NCBI GenBank assembly: GCA_050273025.1
Contig: CP158636.1
Span: forward strand, 8,618,001-8,682,000
DNA length: 64,000 nucleotides
Source of the DNA: Cenococcum geophilum
Taxonomy: Eukaryota
Direction: 5' to 3'
Part shown: positions 63,231 through 64,000 of the stretch, one piece after another
Layout: the number at the start of each line of letters is the position of its first letter
Numbering within the stretch: position 1 is the stretch's first letter
The notes under the pieces: model-generated
Database searches by the model: none
Told to the model about the DNA's origin: nothing
What the model saw: the letters and a program-made list of their open reading frames with translations, nothing else
Program-made: the position numbers and the translations under genes

Positions 63231-64000
63231 CTCTTGTTAATTCCGGTTATTAGCGCAGCCATATCTATACGGCCTTACTTTCCCTTAAACAGCAAAAATA
63301 CCAAAACTTCCCCTATAAAAAGGCCGTATAGACGTAGCTACGCTAATAACCAAAATTAACAGAAGGGTGTATATTTCAATAAATTTGCGTTACGTAGCTT
63401 TAGTATAACATAAACACATAGAATACTTACATTATTAGGGGGTATATAGATATATATAAGCGACCTTAAATCCAAACGTATACTAGGATACTATCTTATC
63501 CGCTATAAATAATAGGGCATAGCGCCAAGCAGGCTATTCCACTATAGGTTTAATTAGTAAGCATCCTAAGAGGATATTTCCCCTCTAAATGCCCCGGCCA
63601 AGAGCTTAAATACTATTAAATATTTCGCTAAAAATAACAGGGCTATATAATAGGAAAGGCCACTAGAAATAAATTACTCTTAGGGTAATACTCTTAGGCC
63701 ATAAGTTGCTCCTAGGCGCTGCGGCCGTATACTTTCTATAGGTAGCATATTTCTTTAGCCGCATAATTTTTATAGGCTGCCATTACTAGCACTTAGCTCC
63801 TAGTTATCTAGGTAGAGCTTCTAAGAGGGCTTAATATCTAAGAGATTTAATCTTAGGAGAGCTCTTAATTTAGGAGGGCCGATCCTAGGAGGGATATAAT
63901 CCTAGGAAAAATAATTATTCCGTTATAGGGTGCTATAGAACTTTTAAGAATATATTTCCTAGAAACCTAAGGCTCCTAAAAAACTAATTCTCCTAGGAGC

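Overview
This is fungal (filamentous ascomycete-type) AT-rich DNA heavily mutated by repeat-induced point mutation (RIP): TpA is abundant, CpA/TpG are scarce, and Q/W codons have become stops. I found no intact protein-coding gene; the provided ORFs are fragments or spurious. Reversing C>T/G>A by eye reveals a nested graveyard. The transposons are the 3' part of a Ty1/copia element, a MULE-like TIR element (9-bp TSD) containing a Crypton tyrosine-recombinase element, a full-length Tad1-like LINE (13-bp TSD), a complete Ty3/gypsy chromovirus (425-bp LTRs, 5-bp TSD) and a MITE. Between them lie RIP-killed non-TE genes typical of accessory or Starship cargo: Myb/SANT, HET fragment, DUF3176, a protein kinase, an AAA+ ATPase, a FunK1 kinase and an NLR. 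The most notable structure is a ~5.4-kb non-autonomous TIR element (45431-58778 once the gypsy is removed). Its only content is an intron-containing NACHT-ankyrin-ZZ NLR immune-receptor gene, and a MITE with related TIRs lies ~50 bp away. All protein calls come from manual translation and motif recognition, not database searches. Pseudogene boundaries are approximate.
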